DNA of 64,000 bases from Anaerolineae bacterium (GTDB lineage Bacteria; Chloroflexota; Anaerolineae; Aggregatilineales; Phototrophicaceae), in the NCBI GenBank assembly GCA_022824565.1, contig JAJDZQ010000120.1, positions 74,445-138,444 on the forward strand. The letters are read 5' to 3'. The notes beneath the pieces were generated by a model, which worked only from the letters and a program-made list of their open reading frames with translations, made no database searches and was not told where the DNA came from. Below, piece after piece: positions 44,861 to 54,197 of this stretch (its first letter is position 1; the number at the start of each line of letters is the position of its first letter). The position numbers were made by a program, and so were the translations under genes.

Positions 44861-46258
44861 ATGGCAAAAGAATATGATGTCGTCGTGTTGGGCGCGGGAC
44901 CGGGCGGTTATATCGCTGCCATCCGCGCCAGTCAGCTTGGGCTTGCGACCGCCATAGTCGAAAAGAAGTATTGGGGCGGCGTCTGCCTGAATGTCGGCTG
45001 CATCCCCTCGAAGGCGCTGCTGCGCAATGCCGAGCTGGCGCAAATCCTCACGCGCGAAGCCGACCAATTTGGCATCAGTGGCGACTTCACGCTGGACTAT
45101 GGCAAAGCCTTCAAACGCAGCCGGCGCGTCTCCAATGGGCTGACCAAAGGCGTGCAGTTCCTCATGCGCAAAAACAAGATCGCGACTTATGCAGGCTGGG
45201 CGACTATCGAGGACCAACACAGCCTGCAGGTGGCCAAAAACGACGGCAGCAGCGAGACACTCCTCTTCAAGCACCTGATCATCGCGACCGGGGCCAACAC
45301 GCGACTGCTGCCTGGCACGACATTGAGCGAGCGCGTGGTTACCTATGAAGAGCAAATCATGCAAGATTCGTTGCCAGCCAGCATCATCATCGCGGGCGCG
45401 GGCGCAATCGGCGTCGAATTCGCCTATATCATGGCGAACTATGGCGTTGAGGTTACCCTGGTCGAATATATGCAGCGCATTCTGCCTTTGGAAGATCCTG
45501 ATGTCAGCGCCGAATTGGCGAAGGCATTCCAGAAGCTGGGCATCAACATGCTGGTCGGCACAAGCGTGCAGACCATTGACGAGGCGGCAGACGGTGTCGT
45601 GGTCGTGGTGAAGACAGCCGATGGGCAGCAAGAGACGCTACAAGCCGAGCGAGCTTTGCAAGCGATTGGTTTCGCGCCGCGCGTGACCGGCTTTGGGCTG
45701 GAAAAACTGGCTATCGGGCTGAACGAGGCGGGCGGCATCGAGATCAACGAGCACATGCAGACCAACCTGCCCCATATCTACGCTGTCGGCGATGTCACGG
45801 CCAAGCTGATGCTGGCGCATGTGGCAGAAGTCATGGGCGTGGCCGCGGCCGAACATATCGCCGGCGCAGACAGTGTGACGCTGGAATTCGACATGATGCC
45901 GCGCGCAACCTATTGTCAGCCGCAAGTCGCCAGCTTTGGTTATACCGAGCAGCAGGCAAAAGAGCGCGGCTATCAGATCAATGTGGCGAAGTTCCCCTTC
46001 CAGGCGAATGGCAAGGCGCGGGGATTGGGCGATGCCAGCGGCTTCGTCAAGCTCATCAGCGATGCCAAGTATGGCGAGATTTTGGGCGCGCACATGATTG
46101 GGCATGATGTAACCGAGCTGCTGCCAGAATTAACCCTGGCGCGGTCGGCCGAACTGACGCCCAGCGAAATCGCGCGCAATGTGCATGCGCATCCCACCCT
46201 GAGCGAGGCCTTGAAAGAAGCGGCGCATGGCTTGGAGGGCAGCTTCCTAAACGCCTAG
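44861..46258 (+). CDS. lpdA: dihydrolipoyl dehydrogenase
   Basis: [14 protein letters not shown] motif and the redox-active [13 protein letters not shown]. Confidence 0.93.
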   Translation: MAKEYDVVVLGAGPGGYIAAIRASQLGLATAIVEKKYWGGVCLNVGCIPSKALLRNAELAQILTREADQFGISGDFTLDYGKAFKRSRRVSNGLTKGVQFLMRKNKIATYAGWATIEDQHSLQVAKNDGSSETLLFKHLIIATGANTRLLPGTTLSERVVTYEEQIMQDSLPASIIIAGAGAIGVEFAYIMANYGVEVTLVEYMQRILPLEDPDVSAELAKAFQKLGINMLVGTSVQTIDEAADGVVVVVKTADGQQETLQAERALQAIGFAPRVTGFGLEKLAIGLNEAGGIEINEHMQTNLPHIYAVGDVTAKLMLAHVAEVMGVAAAEHIAGADSVTLEFDMMPRATYCQPQVASFGYTEQQAKERGYQINVAKFPFQANGKARGLGDASGFVKLISDAKYGEILGAHMIGHDVTELLPELTLARSAELTPSEIARNVHAHPTLSEALKEAAHGLEGSFLNA

Positions 46259-46914
46259 GCCAGCCAGCAATCGACAAGCAAGCTGGTATAGCGCAAGACG
46301 CCGTCCTGATTGCGCTCGTCGTGGGCAGCAGAGCGGCTGACGAAACCATCGTCCGCGCTCCAGGCCTGGCTGTGGAACGCGCCAGTGGCATCAAAGGCTT
46401 CCAGCAAGGCAAATTCATAACCCTGCGCTGCGATTAACTGGCTGATGATTGCTTGCGTGTACAGCATTTTGTGGTCGTCGGCCCCGGCACCACTGCCACC
46501 GGGACGAACGCTATCGATGTAATCGGGCGATGGATGGTTGCCATCGGGCACCGCGATGCGAATGCGCCCGTCCGCTGCCAGAAAGTCGCGCGCGCTGGCC
46601 AGAAAGCCGCTGAATTGCGCAGCTGTCAAATGCTCGAAGACATGTTCAGCCAGCAGGCGGTCGATGCCAGCCTTTGGGAAGAGCCGCCGCCAATGGCTCT
46701 GTCTGGATATATCAAATGCGGGGATGTCTGTGGCGATCCAGCCCGAGTAGCGCGTCTGCCCGGCGCCGATGATGATCTTTACCGGACATCCCTGTGCCCG
46801 CGCATTCACCACTTCCGCGCGGATGCGGCTTTGTTCGGCGCGATAGGCTGCCCAGCGGCGGACTCTGCGCAGCGGCGGCGCATAGACTGGCTGCAGAAGG
46901 CGCTTGAGCGGCAC
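46255..46914 (-). CDS. SAM-dependent methyltransferase (type 11-like)
   Basis: [17 protein letters not shown]...[10 protein letters not shown] pattern typical of small envelope-cluster methyltransferases. Last gene of the minus-strand operon. Confidence 0.6.
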   Translation of the reverse strand: MPLKRLLQPVYAPPLRRVRRWAAYRAEQSRIRAEVVNARAQGCPVKIIIGAGQTRYSGWIATDIPAFDISRQSHWRRLFPKAGIDRLLAEHVFEHLTAAQFSGFLASARDFLAADGRIRIAVPDGNHPSPDYIDSVRPGGSGAGADDHKMLYTQAIISQLIAAQGYEFALLEAFDATGAFHSQAWSADDGFVSRSAAHDERNQDGVLRYTSLLVDCWLA

Positions 46915-46919
46915 GGGCG

Positions 46920-48788
46920 CTACCTTTCCACCGTGAAATGCAGAATGGGCAGAATCGCCCCCGTCTCGCCACTGGTCAAGTCCACGCCGGTCACCTTCGA
47001 TTTGCTGTTGCGATCATAGACGATGACCACAGCGCGATAGTCGGCGGGCGGCAGGTGGTCGGTCGGCAACTCGGCGGCATACCATTTCAAGATATTGTCG
47101 TACAAATGGCGGTCGATCTGGGCGACATTGCGTTGGTCGGCCGTCAAAATCTGCAGCGAGACATTGTATTGCTGGGGTTGCGCTCGGCTTGCCACTTCCC
47201 AGCCGGTTATCAGGCGCACGGTCTGCGCCGCATGGTCATATTCGCCGAATTTGTCGACGATGCGGATGCCATTGACATAATGAACAGGCTGATAGGCTCG
47301 CTGGCACGATAGCCGTTTGTCAACATGCCGTTGGACGAATAGCCGCGGCTGGTCGAGCACGGTGCCGCAAGCTTCGTACCAGTGGCTTAGGCCTTGCCTG
47401 GTCGGGTCGAGGCTGGCTGGCGGCGCTTGCGGGTCGTGCATCAGCAGCAGATAGGGATTGTTTGCCAGCCGCTCCCCTAGCCGGGCAGCCAACTGGTCGG
47501 TGGTCCAGTCGCTGGGGATGAGCGTGCCATCAACGCCAAGCAGGGTCTCGAAGTAATAATCGGCTGTGCTCTTGCCTTGCTTGCTGGCGTGGTTGACGAA
47601 GTTGGCGTCGGTGAAGCCGACCACAAAATCCTGCGCTTGTGTCGGTCCGCGCAGCGCCTGCACTATGGTCTCCAGCGGCGGATACAGATGCACCGCGTAG
47701 ACAGTGCCTTGATGCGCCAGATAATCGTCAACTTGGCGGAAGCCAAATCCAGCTGCGGCATAGACCGCCAAAAACAGCGCTGCCAGCCAGCGCCATTTGA
47801 TGCCAGCCAAGCCGCCACCTAAGGCCAAGACCAGCATGCCCCAGGTCAAGAAAAAGTAGCGCGAACGCCGCAGCGGAATCAAGCCCACCCATTCATTGGC
47901 GACCAGCAGAATCAGCAAGCTACCGCCAGCCAGAAAGAGGAAGGGCAGCAATCGTCGGCGGTACGATGCGCGCATGGCGATCGGCAGGCAGGCAAAAGGC
48001 ATCAGCAACAGCCAGGGCTGCCCGTTGCCCAGCAGGCGCAGAAAAACTGACAAGGCTTGCGACAAAGGCATGGCATCGGCGGCGGTATCAAACCGGGTGG
48101 TCAGCCCCTGCAAGGTAACCGGCAGCCAGGGCAAGTAGAGCAACGCCGCTACCAGCATGGCCAAGCCGACCCGCCAAAACAACTGGGGACGCCGCAGCCA
48201 GCGCAAATGCCACAATCCCAGCGCCAGCAAGAAAATGATAGAAAATGGCTGCGCATACAGGCTTAGCGCCGCACAGCCGATTAAGCCCGCCCAGTGATGA
48301 CGCCGCGGCACAACATCCCGCCGCGTGATGGTGAGGTAATGCCAGACCAGCGCCGAGAGCAGCATGAATTGCAAGGTGTACATGCGGATTTCGTGAAAAT
48401 AATCCAGCCAGAAAGCATTCAGCGCCAGCAGCAAACAAGCGTATAGGCCGGCCCGCGCATCGATGAAATCTGCGCCCAGGCGATATATCCAGGCCAAAGC
48501 CAGCAACCCGCAGAAGAGTGGCAGCGCGCGCAACACCACCTGATGCCAGCCCATCAGCGCGCCCCATAGCGCCAGAATCTCAAAGAATAGCGGCGTATGT
48601 TTCGGGCTGTGTGTTTGCACCGAGTCGGCGATTTCCAGTGGCGTAAACCCGCCGTTTACGCCGCCGGCATGGCTGATCGAGGTCAGCTCGTCAAACCAGA
48701 TCAGGTCGCCATTCAAGCCCGGCGCAGCCAGCAGCAGCGTAAGCAGCAGCAACGGCAGCATGGGCAACCAGCGCGTGGACAGGGTCAT
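46920..48788 (-). CDS. GT-C fold (ArnT/PMT-like, GT39/83-type) membrane glycosyltransferase, paralog 1
   Basis: Polytopic N-terminal half with DELTSISHA...SPKHTPLFFEILALW, plus a soluble C-terminal domain shared with the upstream paralog. Confidence 0.7.
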   Translation of the reverse strand: MTLSTRWLPMLPLLLLTLLLAAPGLNGDLIWFDELTSISHAGGVNGGFTPLEIADSVQTHSPKHTPLFFEILALWGALMGWHQVVLRALPLFCGLLALAWIYRLGADFIDARAGLYACLLLALNAFWLDYFHEIRMYTLQFMLLSALVWHYLTITRRDVVPRRHHWAGLIGCAALSLYAQPFSIIFLLALGLWHLRWLRRPQLFWRVGLAMLVAALLYLPWLPVTLQGLTTRFDTAADAMPLSQALSVFLRLLGNGQPWLLLMPFACLPIAMRASYRRRLLPFLFLAGGSLLILLVANEWVGLIPLRRSRYFFLTWGMLVLALGGGLAGIKWRWLAALFLAVYAAAGFGFRQVDDYLAHQGTVYAVHLYPPLETIVQALRGPTQAQDFVVGFTDANFVNHASKQGKSTADYYFETLLGVDGTLIPSDWTTDQLAARLGERLANNPYLLLMHDPQAPPASLDPTRQGLSHWYEACGTVLDQPRLFVQRHVDKRLSCQRAYQPVHYVNGIRIVDKFGEYDHAAQTVRLITGWEVASRAQPQQYNVSLQILTADQRNVAQIDRHLYDNILKWYAAELPTDHLPPADYRAVVIVYDRNSKSKVTGVDLTSGETGAILPILHFTVER

Positions 48789-50669
48789 CTAGCTTTCAAT
48801 GCTAAATTGGTAGATCGGAAACATGTTGGCGGTCTGCCCGGTAGCCACATCCAAGCCCGAAACTTTAAGCATGGTCTGGCGCTCGTAGACAATGACAAAG
48901 ACGCGGTAATCGCCAGCAGCCAGGTTCGCGGTTGACAAGTCAATGTCAACCCACTTGAGAAGTTCTGCATCGAGGTGGCGATCGTTCTGCGCCACATTGC
49001 GCCCGTCAACAGTGATGATTTGCCAGGAGACATTGTACAACGTCAGCAGGTCATCGCGCGGAACATCCCAACCGGTCACGATGCGCAGCCGGTCGTTGGC
49101 GGCATCACGTCGGACGAAGCGATCCACCATGCGGATGCCATTTTCAAAGAGAATTTCTTGGCGCGCATGATCACAGTCGAGCGCGCTGTCGATATACCGT
49201 TGTGCAAAGAGCTTGTCATCATCGACAAGGATCGCACAGGCATGAAAGTCGGCGCTGATGGCGGCGCGAGCCTCGTCCAGGTTTTCGGGAAGGTTATATG
49301 GCTCATAAATGAACACCAGGAAGGGGTGGCTGTCGATCTGCTCCTCCAGCGCGGCCATCAATCGTTCGCCACTCAGCCGATCGGGGATAAACGCGCCATC
49401 GCTGCCCAACTGCGCCTGGGTGTAATAATCGGCAGGGCTGACGCCGTGCTTGCGGTCGCTGTTGATATAATCCGAACCCGTAAAGCCGATGATGGTTTCG
49501 TGTTCCTGGATCTGGTCGCGCAAGCCCGTCACCGCATGCTGCAAGTTGGGATAGCGGCTGGCATAGACCATCCCGCCCACATAGGCGCTGATGTCTTGCG
49601 AGCGCTGAAACCCCCAGCCCAAAGCGCCCCACAACAACAGACACAGAGCAACGAACAGGGGCTTGGCGCCAGCGCTGATGGCATAAGCGAAGAGCGTCAG
49701 CATGGGCAGCCACAATATCAACAAATAACGCGACCGATACAAGCCGATCAGACGAAATTGCTGATTGAATACCAGCAGAACCACCAGCATCAGCGCCGCG
49801 AAGACTGTCCAGCGCAGGGCAACTCGAGCGCGCAGCTGCCACAGACGCCACAACAGCAGCAGACACAGCAGCAGGCAGATCCATGGCGAGCCATTGCCGA
49901 GCAACGTCGCCAGGGTTTCCAGCAGCTCTGGCGCGGCAAATGCGGCTGAGACTGTCGAGGGCTTGCTCGTCTCTTCCAGGAAGCCTGCATAGACTACCGG
50001 CACATAAGGCAAGAACAATAGGCCCGCGGCCAGCCAGCCAGCGACAATGCGCCAGCCACTTTTACGACGCAGCGCAAAGAACAGATGCTGCAGTCCCAGC
50101 GCCGCCAGCAAAATCGCCGAAAACATGTGCGTGTAGAGCAAGGCAGCCGCCGTGATGACAAAGCACAGCGCCGTGCCCCGGCCTTTTGCGCGCCCATACG
50201 CCCGCCGCCAATAACAGATGCTGTGCAGGGTCGCCAGCATCAGCATCAAGGTATACATGCGGATCTCGTGGAAGGACACCAGCAGGAAAGCCGATGTCAC
50301 CGTCAGACAAGCCCCGGTCATGCCAGCGCCCCGACCGAACAGGTCTGCGCACAATCGATACAGGCAGGCGATGAACAAGCTGCCCGCGAAGAGCGAAACC
50401 AGGCGCATGGAAAATTGCGACCAGCCAGCCAACTGCGCCCAACTTGCGCTGATGAAATAAAAGAGTGGCGTGTGCTGGGGGCTGTATCGCGCCAGCGAAT
50501 CGATGATCTGCGCCGGGCTGTAGGCTGGAGCAAACGCGCCGATATTCGCCAGCGAATACAGCTCATCCGTCCAGATCGCATCGGCATTCAACTGCGCCGC
50601 GCCAATCGCAAAGCCGACAAGCAGAATCAATGTCAGCGCAGCCAAGAATTCGGGCTGGCGCGCTTTCAC
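48789..50669 (-). CDS. GT-C fold membrane glycosyltransferase, paralog 2
   Basis: DELYSLANI...SPQHTPLFYFISASW. The C-terminal domain is collinear with paralog 1 (IVTGWDV...YNVSWQI...NVAQNDRHL). The GTG 50669 start forms a GTGA overlap with the GNAT stop. Confidence 0.7.
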   Translation of the reverse strand: MKARQPEFLAALTLILLVGFAIGAAQLNADAIWTDELYSLANIGAFAPAYSPAQIIDSLARYSPQHTPLFYFISASWAQLAGWSQFSMRLVSLFAGSLFIACLYRLCADLFGRGAGMTGACLTVTSAFLLVSFHEIRMYTLMLMLATLHSICYWRRAYGRAKGRGTALCFVITAAALLYTHMFSAILLAALGLQHLFFALRRKSGWRIVAGWLAAGLLFLPYVPVVYAGFLEETSKPSTVSAAFAAPELLETLATLLGNGSPWICLLLCLLLLWRLWQLRARVALRWTVFAALMLVVLLVFNQQFRLIGLYRSRYLLILWLPMLTLFAYAISAGAKPLFVALCLLLWGALGWGFQRSQDISAYVGGMVYASRYPNLQHAVTGLRDQIQEHETIIGFTGSDYINSDRKHGVSPADYYTQAQLGSDGAFIPDRLSGERLMAALEEQIDSHPFLVFIYEPYNLPENLDEARAAISADFHACAILVDDDKLFAQRYIDSALDCDHARQEILFENGIRMVDRFVRRDAANDRLRIVTGWDVPRDDLLTLYNVSWQIITVDGRNVAQNDRHLDAELLKWVDIDLSTANLAAGDYRVFVIVYERQTMLKVSGLDVATGQTANMFPIYQFSIES

Positions 50670-51268
50670 GCCAACCGCCCCGCCTCGATCAGCCCGCGAT
50701 ATTCTGGCTCGAGCAAGCCGAATAGCCACAAATTGTGATGCTCGCCCCGCCAAAAAACGCGCTCGCGCAGAACGCCTTCCAGCGAAAAACCCATTTTTTG
50801 CAGCAGCGCCGCCGATGCCGCATTGCCCTCGGTTGTATCCGCAGCCAGGCGATGCAGCGACAGCCTGTCAAAACAAAAGCGCATGACCGCCGCGACCGCC
50901 TCGCTCATCAACCCGCGCCGCCAATACTCCGAATGCAGCTCATAGCCGATTTCTGCATAGTGGTGCGCCGGCGCATACAAGTGGAATCCGCAAGTGCCAA
51001 TCAGCCTGTCGTCTGGCTTGAGCGTGAGCGCCCAACGTATGCCTGTCTTCGCAGCGAAGACCGCATCTGCCCAGTCGACGATGCCCAGGATTTCTGAGGG
51101 ACGCGGCACCTGTTCAAAGTCGCTCAACCAGTCGATCACACCGGGGCTCTGGAAGACCGCCAGCCAGTCGTCGCAATCGGCCCGGTTGATGCGCCGCAGA
51201 CGCAATCGCGCCGTTTCCAGGGTCGGAATCTCGCTGAAGTCGAAGGCTGCCACCCGCGCCGTCTTCAT
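50666..51268 (-). CDS. GNAT family N-acetyltransferase (RimJ/RimL-like)
   Basis: LRLRRINRADCDDW ... GNAASAALLQKMGFSLEG segments. Confidence 0.8.
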   Translation of the reverse strand: MKTARVAAFDFSEIPTLETARLRLRRINRADCDDWLAVFQSPGVIDWLSDFEQVPRPSEILGIVDWADAVFAAKTGIRWALTLKPDDRLIGTCGFHLYAPAHHYAEIGYELHSEYWRRGLMSEAVAAVMRFCFDRLSLHRLAADTTEGNAASAALLQKMGFSLEGVLRERVFWRGEHHNLWLFGLLEPEYRGLIEAGRLA

Positions 51269-53286
51269 AGCTCCGCGGCCATGACTTCGGCGATATCGAG
51301 GACGCGGGGACCGCCGGCCAGTTCATTGCGGGCGTCTTCGAACATGCGCATGCAAAAAGGACAGCCGACCGCCAACGTATCCGCGCCCGTTTCGACAGCT
51401 TCTTGGTAGCGTTCCAGGCTGACTTTCTGCTCGCCGGGTTCTTCTTCTTTCCAGAATTGCGCGCCGCCAGCGCCACAGCAGAAGGAGTTTTTGCGGTTGC
51501 GGGGCATCTCTATCAGCGGGATGGCGTTGGCGCTCAGGACATCGCGGGGGGCATCCAGCACATCGTTGTGACGACCCAGATAACAGGGGTCATGGAAAGT
51601 TACATTGCTCCAGCTGGCGGGGTTTGCGCGCGCCGGCAGCTGGCCCGCTTCGATCAGCTCGGCGATCAGCTCGGTGTGATGAACGATTGCATATTCACCG
51701 CCAAAAGCCGGGTATTCCGCCCCGAGATTGTGCAGGCAATGGGGACAAGTTACCACGATGCGCCTGGGCACGACTTCGTTCAAGGTCTCAACATTCAGCG
51801 CTGCCATTTCGCTGTACAGGTATTCGTTGCCGGCGCGGCGGGCGACATCGCCAGTGCATCGTTCGCGCTCCCCCAGGATGGCGAAGTTGACATCGGCGGC
51901 GCGCAGCAGTTTGACCAGCGCGCGAGCTGTCTCTTGTGCGCGTGGATCGTAACTTACGGCGCAGCCCGTCCAATACAGCAGGTCGCAGCCAGGATTTTCA
52001 GCGATTGTCGGCACGGGGAAGTCCAGCGCCTGCGTCCAGTTGTCGCGCGACTCGGCGATCTGCCAGGGATTGCCTTGCCGTTCCATGCCATGGAACGCGC
52101 CGCCCAGCTCGGCAGGAAATTCGCCTTGCATCAGCACAGAATCGCGGCGGATATCCAGGATGTCGAACATGGGCTCGTTGCCGACCGGGCAGATATCGAT
52201 GCAAGCTCCGCAAGCCGTACAGGCCCACAAAGCCGATTCACTGAGCAGCCCACCCGCCAAGGTCTGAACGGTCTCTGCTCCACCAGCCAGCGCCTCCCAG
52301 TTGTCTTGCATAACAAATCGTTTGTTGATTTCCAACGCGGCCGGCGACAATTCCTTGCCTGTCGCATAGGCTGGGCAAACATCTTGGCAGCGGTTGCACA
52401 TGATACACGCAAATCCGTCAAGAAGCTGAGTCATCGACAAGTCTTCCAACCGCCCCGCGCCGAATTGTTCGAGCGATTCATCTGCGAAGTCCAGCTCTGC
52501 CAACGCGCCCAGGGAACGCCGCTGCGGACGCGTCAGAAAGTTCAAAGGCGCCATGAACAAATGCGCGTGCTTGCTCTGTGGGAAGTAGGGCAAAAACACC
52601 AGCACGCCGCCCAGCGCCAGCCACCAGCAAATATGTCGAGCGAAGTGCAAGGCATCGGCATTCAGTCCGCTCCAGATGCCCGCGACAGCCGACGCAAAAG
52701 GCATATAGGCATCTGCCCCATACTGCGCCACCGCCACCGACTCGCCCAGGAATCGTGCGCCGACATGCAGCAGGATGAAGCCAGCCACAATCAGCGAATC
52801 GTGGGTGATCGCGCCAGCAGCGGCCTGGGGATGCAGCAAGATATTGTCATGAAAGCGCAGGGACTGGCGATTGGGCAGCGCAAAACGCCGCAGCATGAAG
52901 TAGACGATGCCCGCCAGCACCAGCACACTCAGCCCATCAGCCAACAGGCGATAGGCATCGTAAAGCCCGCCCAACTGTGCCAACTGCGCATCAAAATCAT
53001 GCGCGAAGCCGTGCAGCAGGTCGAAGATATTTACGAGGAAGTAGTAGGTGAAGCCCAGCACGACGCCCCAATGAATGGCGCTGGTCAAGGGGCGCGTCTT
53101 CAGAGTCGTGCGCTGCGTGAGATAGATGGCGAGTGCCTGCAAGGTCCGCGGGATGATGCGCTCCAGATGCAGCTGGCCCGTGCCGCGTTGGATAATCTGC
53201 CACATTTCACGAAAGCCAGCCGCCGCCGCGCCGATAGACAGCAGCGCCAACAAGATGAAAAGCATTTTTTCGACATCGGTCAACAT
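51265..53286 (-). CDS. membrane-anchored (Fe-S)-binding oxidoreductase, HdrD/DsrK-like with CCG domains
   Basis: N-terminal multi-TM domain, two 4Fe-4S motifs (CIMCNRCQDVCP, CTACGACIDICP), and a C-terminal CCG motif (SFCCGAGG). Start taken at MLTDVEK (53286). Confidence 0.75.
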   Translation of the reverse strand: MLTDVEKMLFILLALLSIGAAAAGFREMWQIIQRGTGQLHLERIIPRTLQALAIYLTQRTTLKTRPLTSAIHWGVVLGFTYYFLVNIFDLLHGFAHDFDAQLAQLGGLYDAYRLLADGLSVLVLAGIVYFMLRRFALPNRQSLRFHDNILLHPQAAAGAITHDSLIVAGFILLHVGARFLGESVAVAQYGADAYMPFASAVAGIWSGLNADALHFARHICWWLALGGVLVFLPYFPQSKHAHLFMAPLNFLTRPQRRSLGALAELDFADESLEQFGAGRLEDLSMTQLLDGFACIMCNRCQDVCPAYATGKELSPAALEINKRFVMQDNWEALAGGAETVQTLAGGLLSESALWACTACGACIDICPVGNEPMFDILDIRRDSVLMQGEFPAELGGAFHGMERQGNPWQIAESRDNWTQALDFPVPTIAENPGCDLLYWTGCAVSYDPRAQETARALVKLLRAADVNFAILGERERCTGDVARRAGNEYLYSEMAALNVETLNEVVPRRIVVTCPHCLHNLGAEYPAFGGEYAIVHHTELIAELIEAGQLPARANPASWSNVTFHDPCYLGRHNDVLDAPRDVLSANAIPLIEMPRNRKNSFCCGAGGAQFWKEEEPGEQKVSLERYQEAVETGADTLAVGCPFCMRMFEDARNELAGGPRVLDIAEVMAAEL

Positions 53287-53450
53287 GATGGCTGCGCTTT
53301 CGCAGGTGCTTCTGCCCTGCCCAGATTTAACCACAAGTCCCGCCAAGACACAAAGCCGCGCTGTGGTTCGGAAGGAACGAAGTAAGACCAATACGGTAAG
53401 GAAAGAAAAAACGAACCGCCGAGTTGAAAGCGTACACCGAGAGCTTTATT

Positions 53451-53487
53451 CCTCTGTGCTCTCTGTGCTCTCTGTGCACTCTGTGTC
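53451..53487. repeat. CTCTGTG-rich repeat, degenerate or solo end of the MITE-like family
   Basis: cctctgtgctctctgtgctctctgtgcactctgtgtc, the same 7-8-mer as the right ends of the elements at 42156-42180 and 60107-60147. Confidence 0.55.
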
Positions 53488-53591
53488 AAAAATATGCGCA
53501 ATAAGAGGGGGCTGTCCGTATGCCAGCTTGTCTTATCGTCCAGCATCGGTAGAATGAAAGCACAATCATCTGCAAGCGCAGGAGACCTCTT

Positions 53592-54182
53592 ATGATCGAC
53601 TTTACCCCCATGCGCGAAGGCGAGTTGAGCTTCATGGACTACGCGACGCGCGAGAATATCGAGCCCGCAGATCTGCGCGTCCTAAGCGACGAGAGCATCG
53701 ACTTTCTACTCAGCCAGTTGGACGGCTTGACCGATGCGGATATCGTCTTCGCGCCCGAAGACCCCGATGCCAGCGACCCTTTTGCTGTCGAGGGCGAAGA
53801 AGAGATCGGCTGGAACTTCGGGCATCTTATTGCGCATGTGACGGCTAGCAGCGAAGAAGGCGCGGCGCTGAGCTCGCTATTGGCGCGTGGCGTGCCTGCC
53901 GCAGAACGTCCGCGTTACGAGACGCCCTGGCGCGACATGCAGACGGTTGCGCAAGTGCGGCAGCGCCTCGAAGAAAGCCGGCGCATGCGCAATGCCTACC
54001 TGGAAACTTGGCCCCAAGCGCCACTGCTGGATACCGTGCGCGACATTTCCGAGCGATTCACGGCGCGCTTTGGGCATATGAATGCGCCAGCCGCCTTTCT
54101 CTTTGGGTTATCGCACGAGGTCGGGCATTATGCGCAGATTGCAGAGGTTCGCCGACAAGCCCTGGCCGCCCGGTCTGGTTGA
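53592..54182 (+). CDS. DinB-like metal-dependent hydrolase superfamily protein
   Basis: WNFGHLIAH ... LSHEVGHYAQ histidine pattern and a four-helix-bundle-sized protein. Confidence 0.5.
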   Translation: MIDFTPMREGELSFMDYATRENIEPADLRVLSDESIDFLLSQLDGLTDADIVFAPEDPDASDPFAVEGEEEIGWNFGHLIAHVTASSEEGAALSSLLARGVPAAERPRYETPWRDMQTVAQVRQRLEESRRMRNAYLETWPQAPLLDTVRDISERFTARFGHMNAPAAFLFGLSHEVGHYAQIAEVRRQALAARSG

Positions 54183-54197
54183 AACCGCGGAGCGCAA

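Noticed and set aside
46255-46258. Convergent genes ending in a shared CTAG tetranucleotide (lpdA/methyltransferase here, and the small ORF/LysE at 8591-8594).
   Set aside because: The palindromic stop overlap is a curiosity of gene packing. No evidence of a functional element could be derived from sequence alone.
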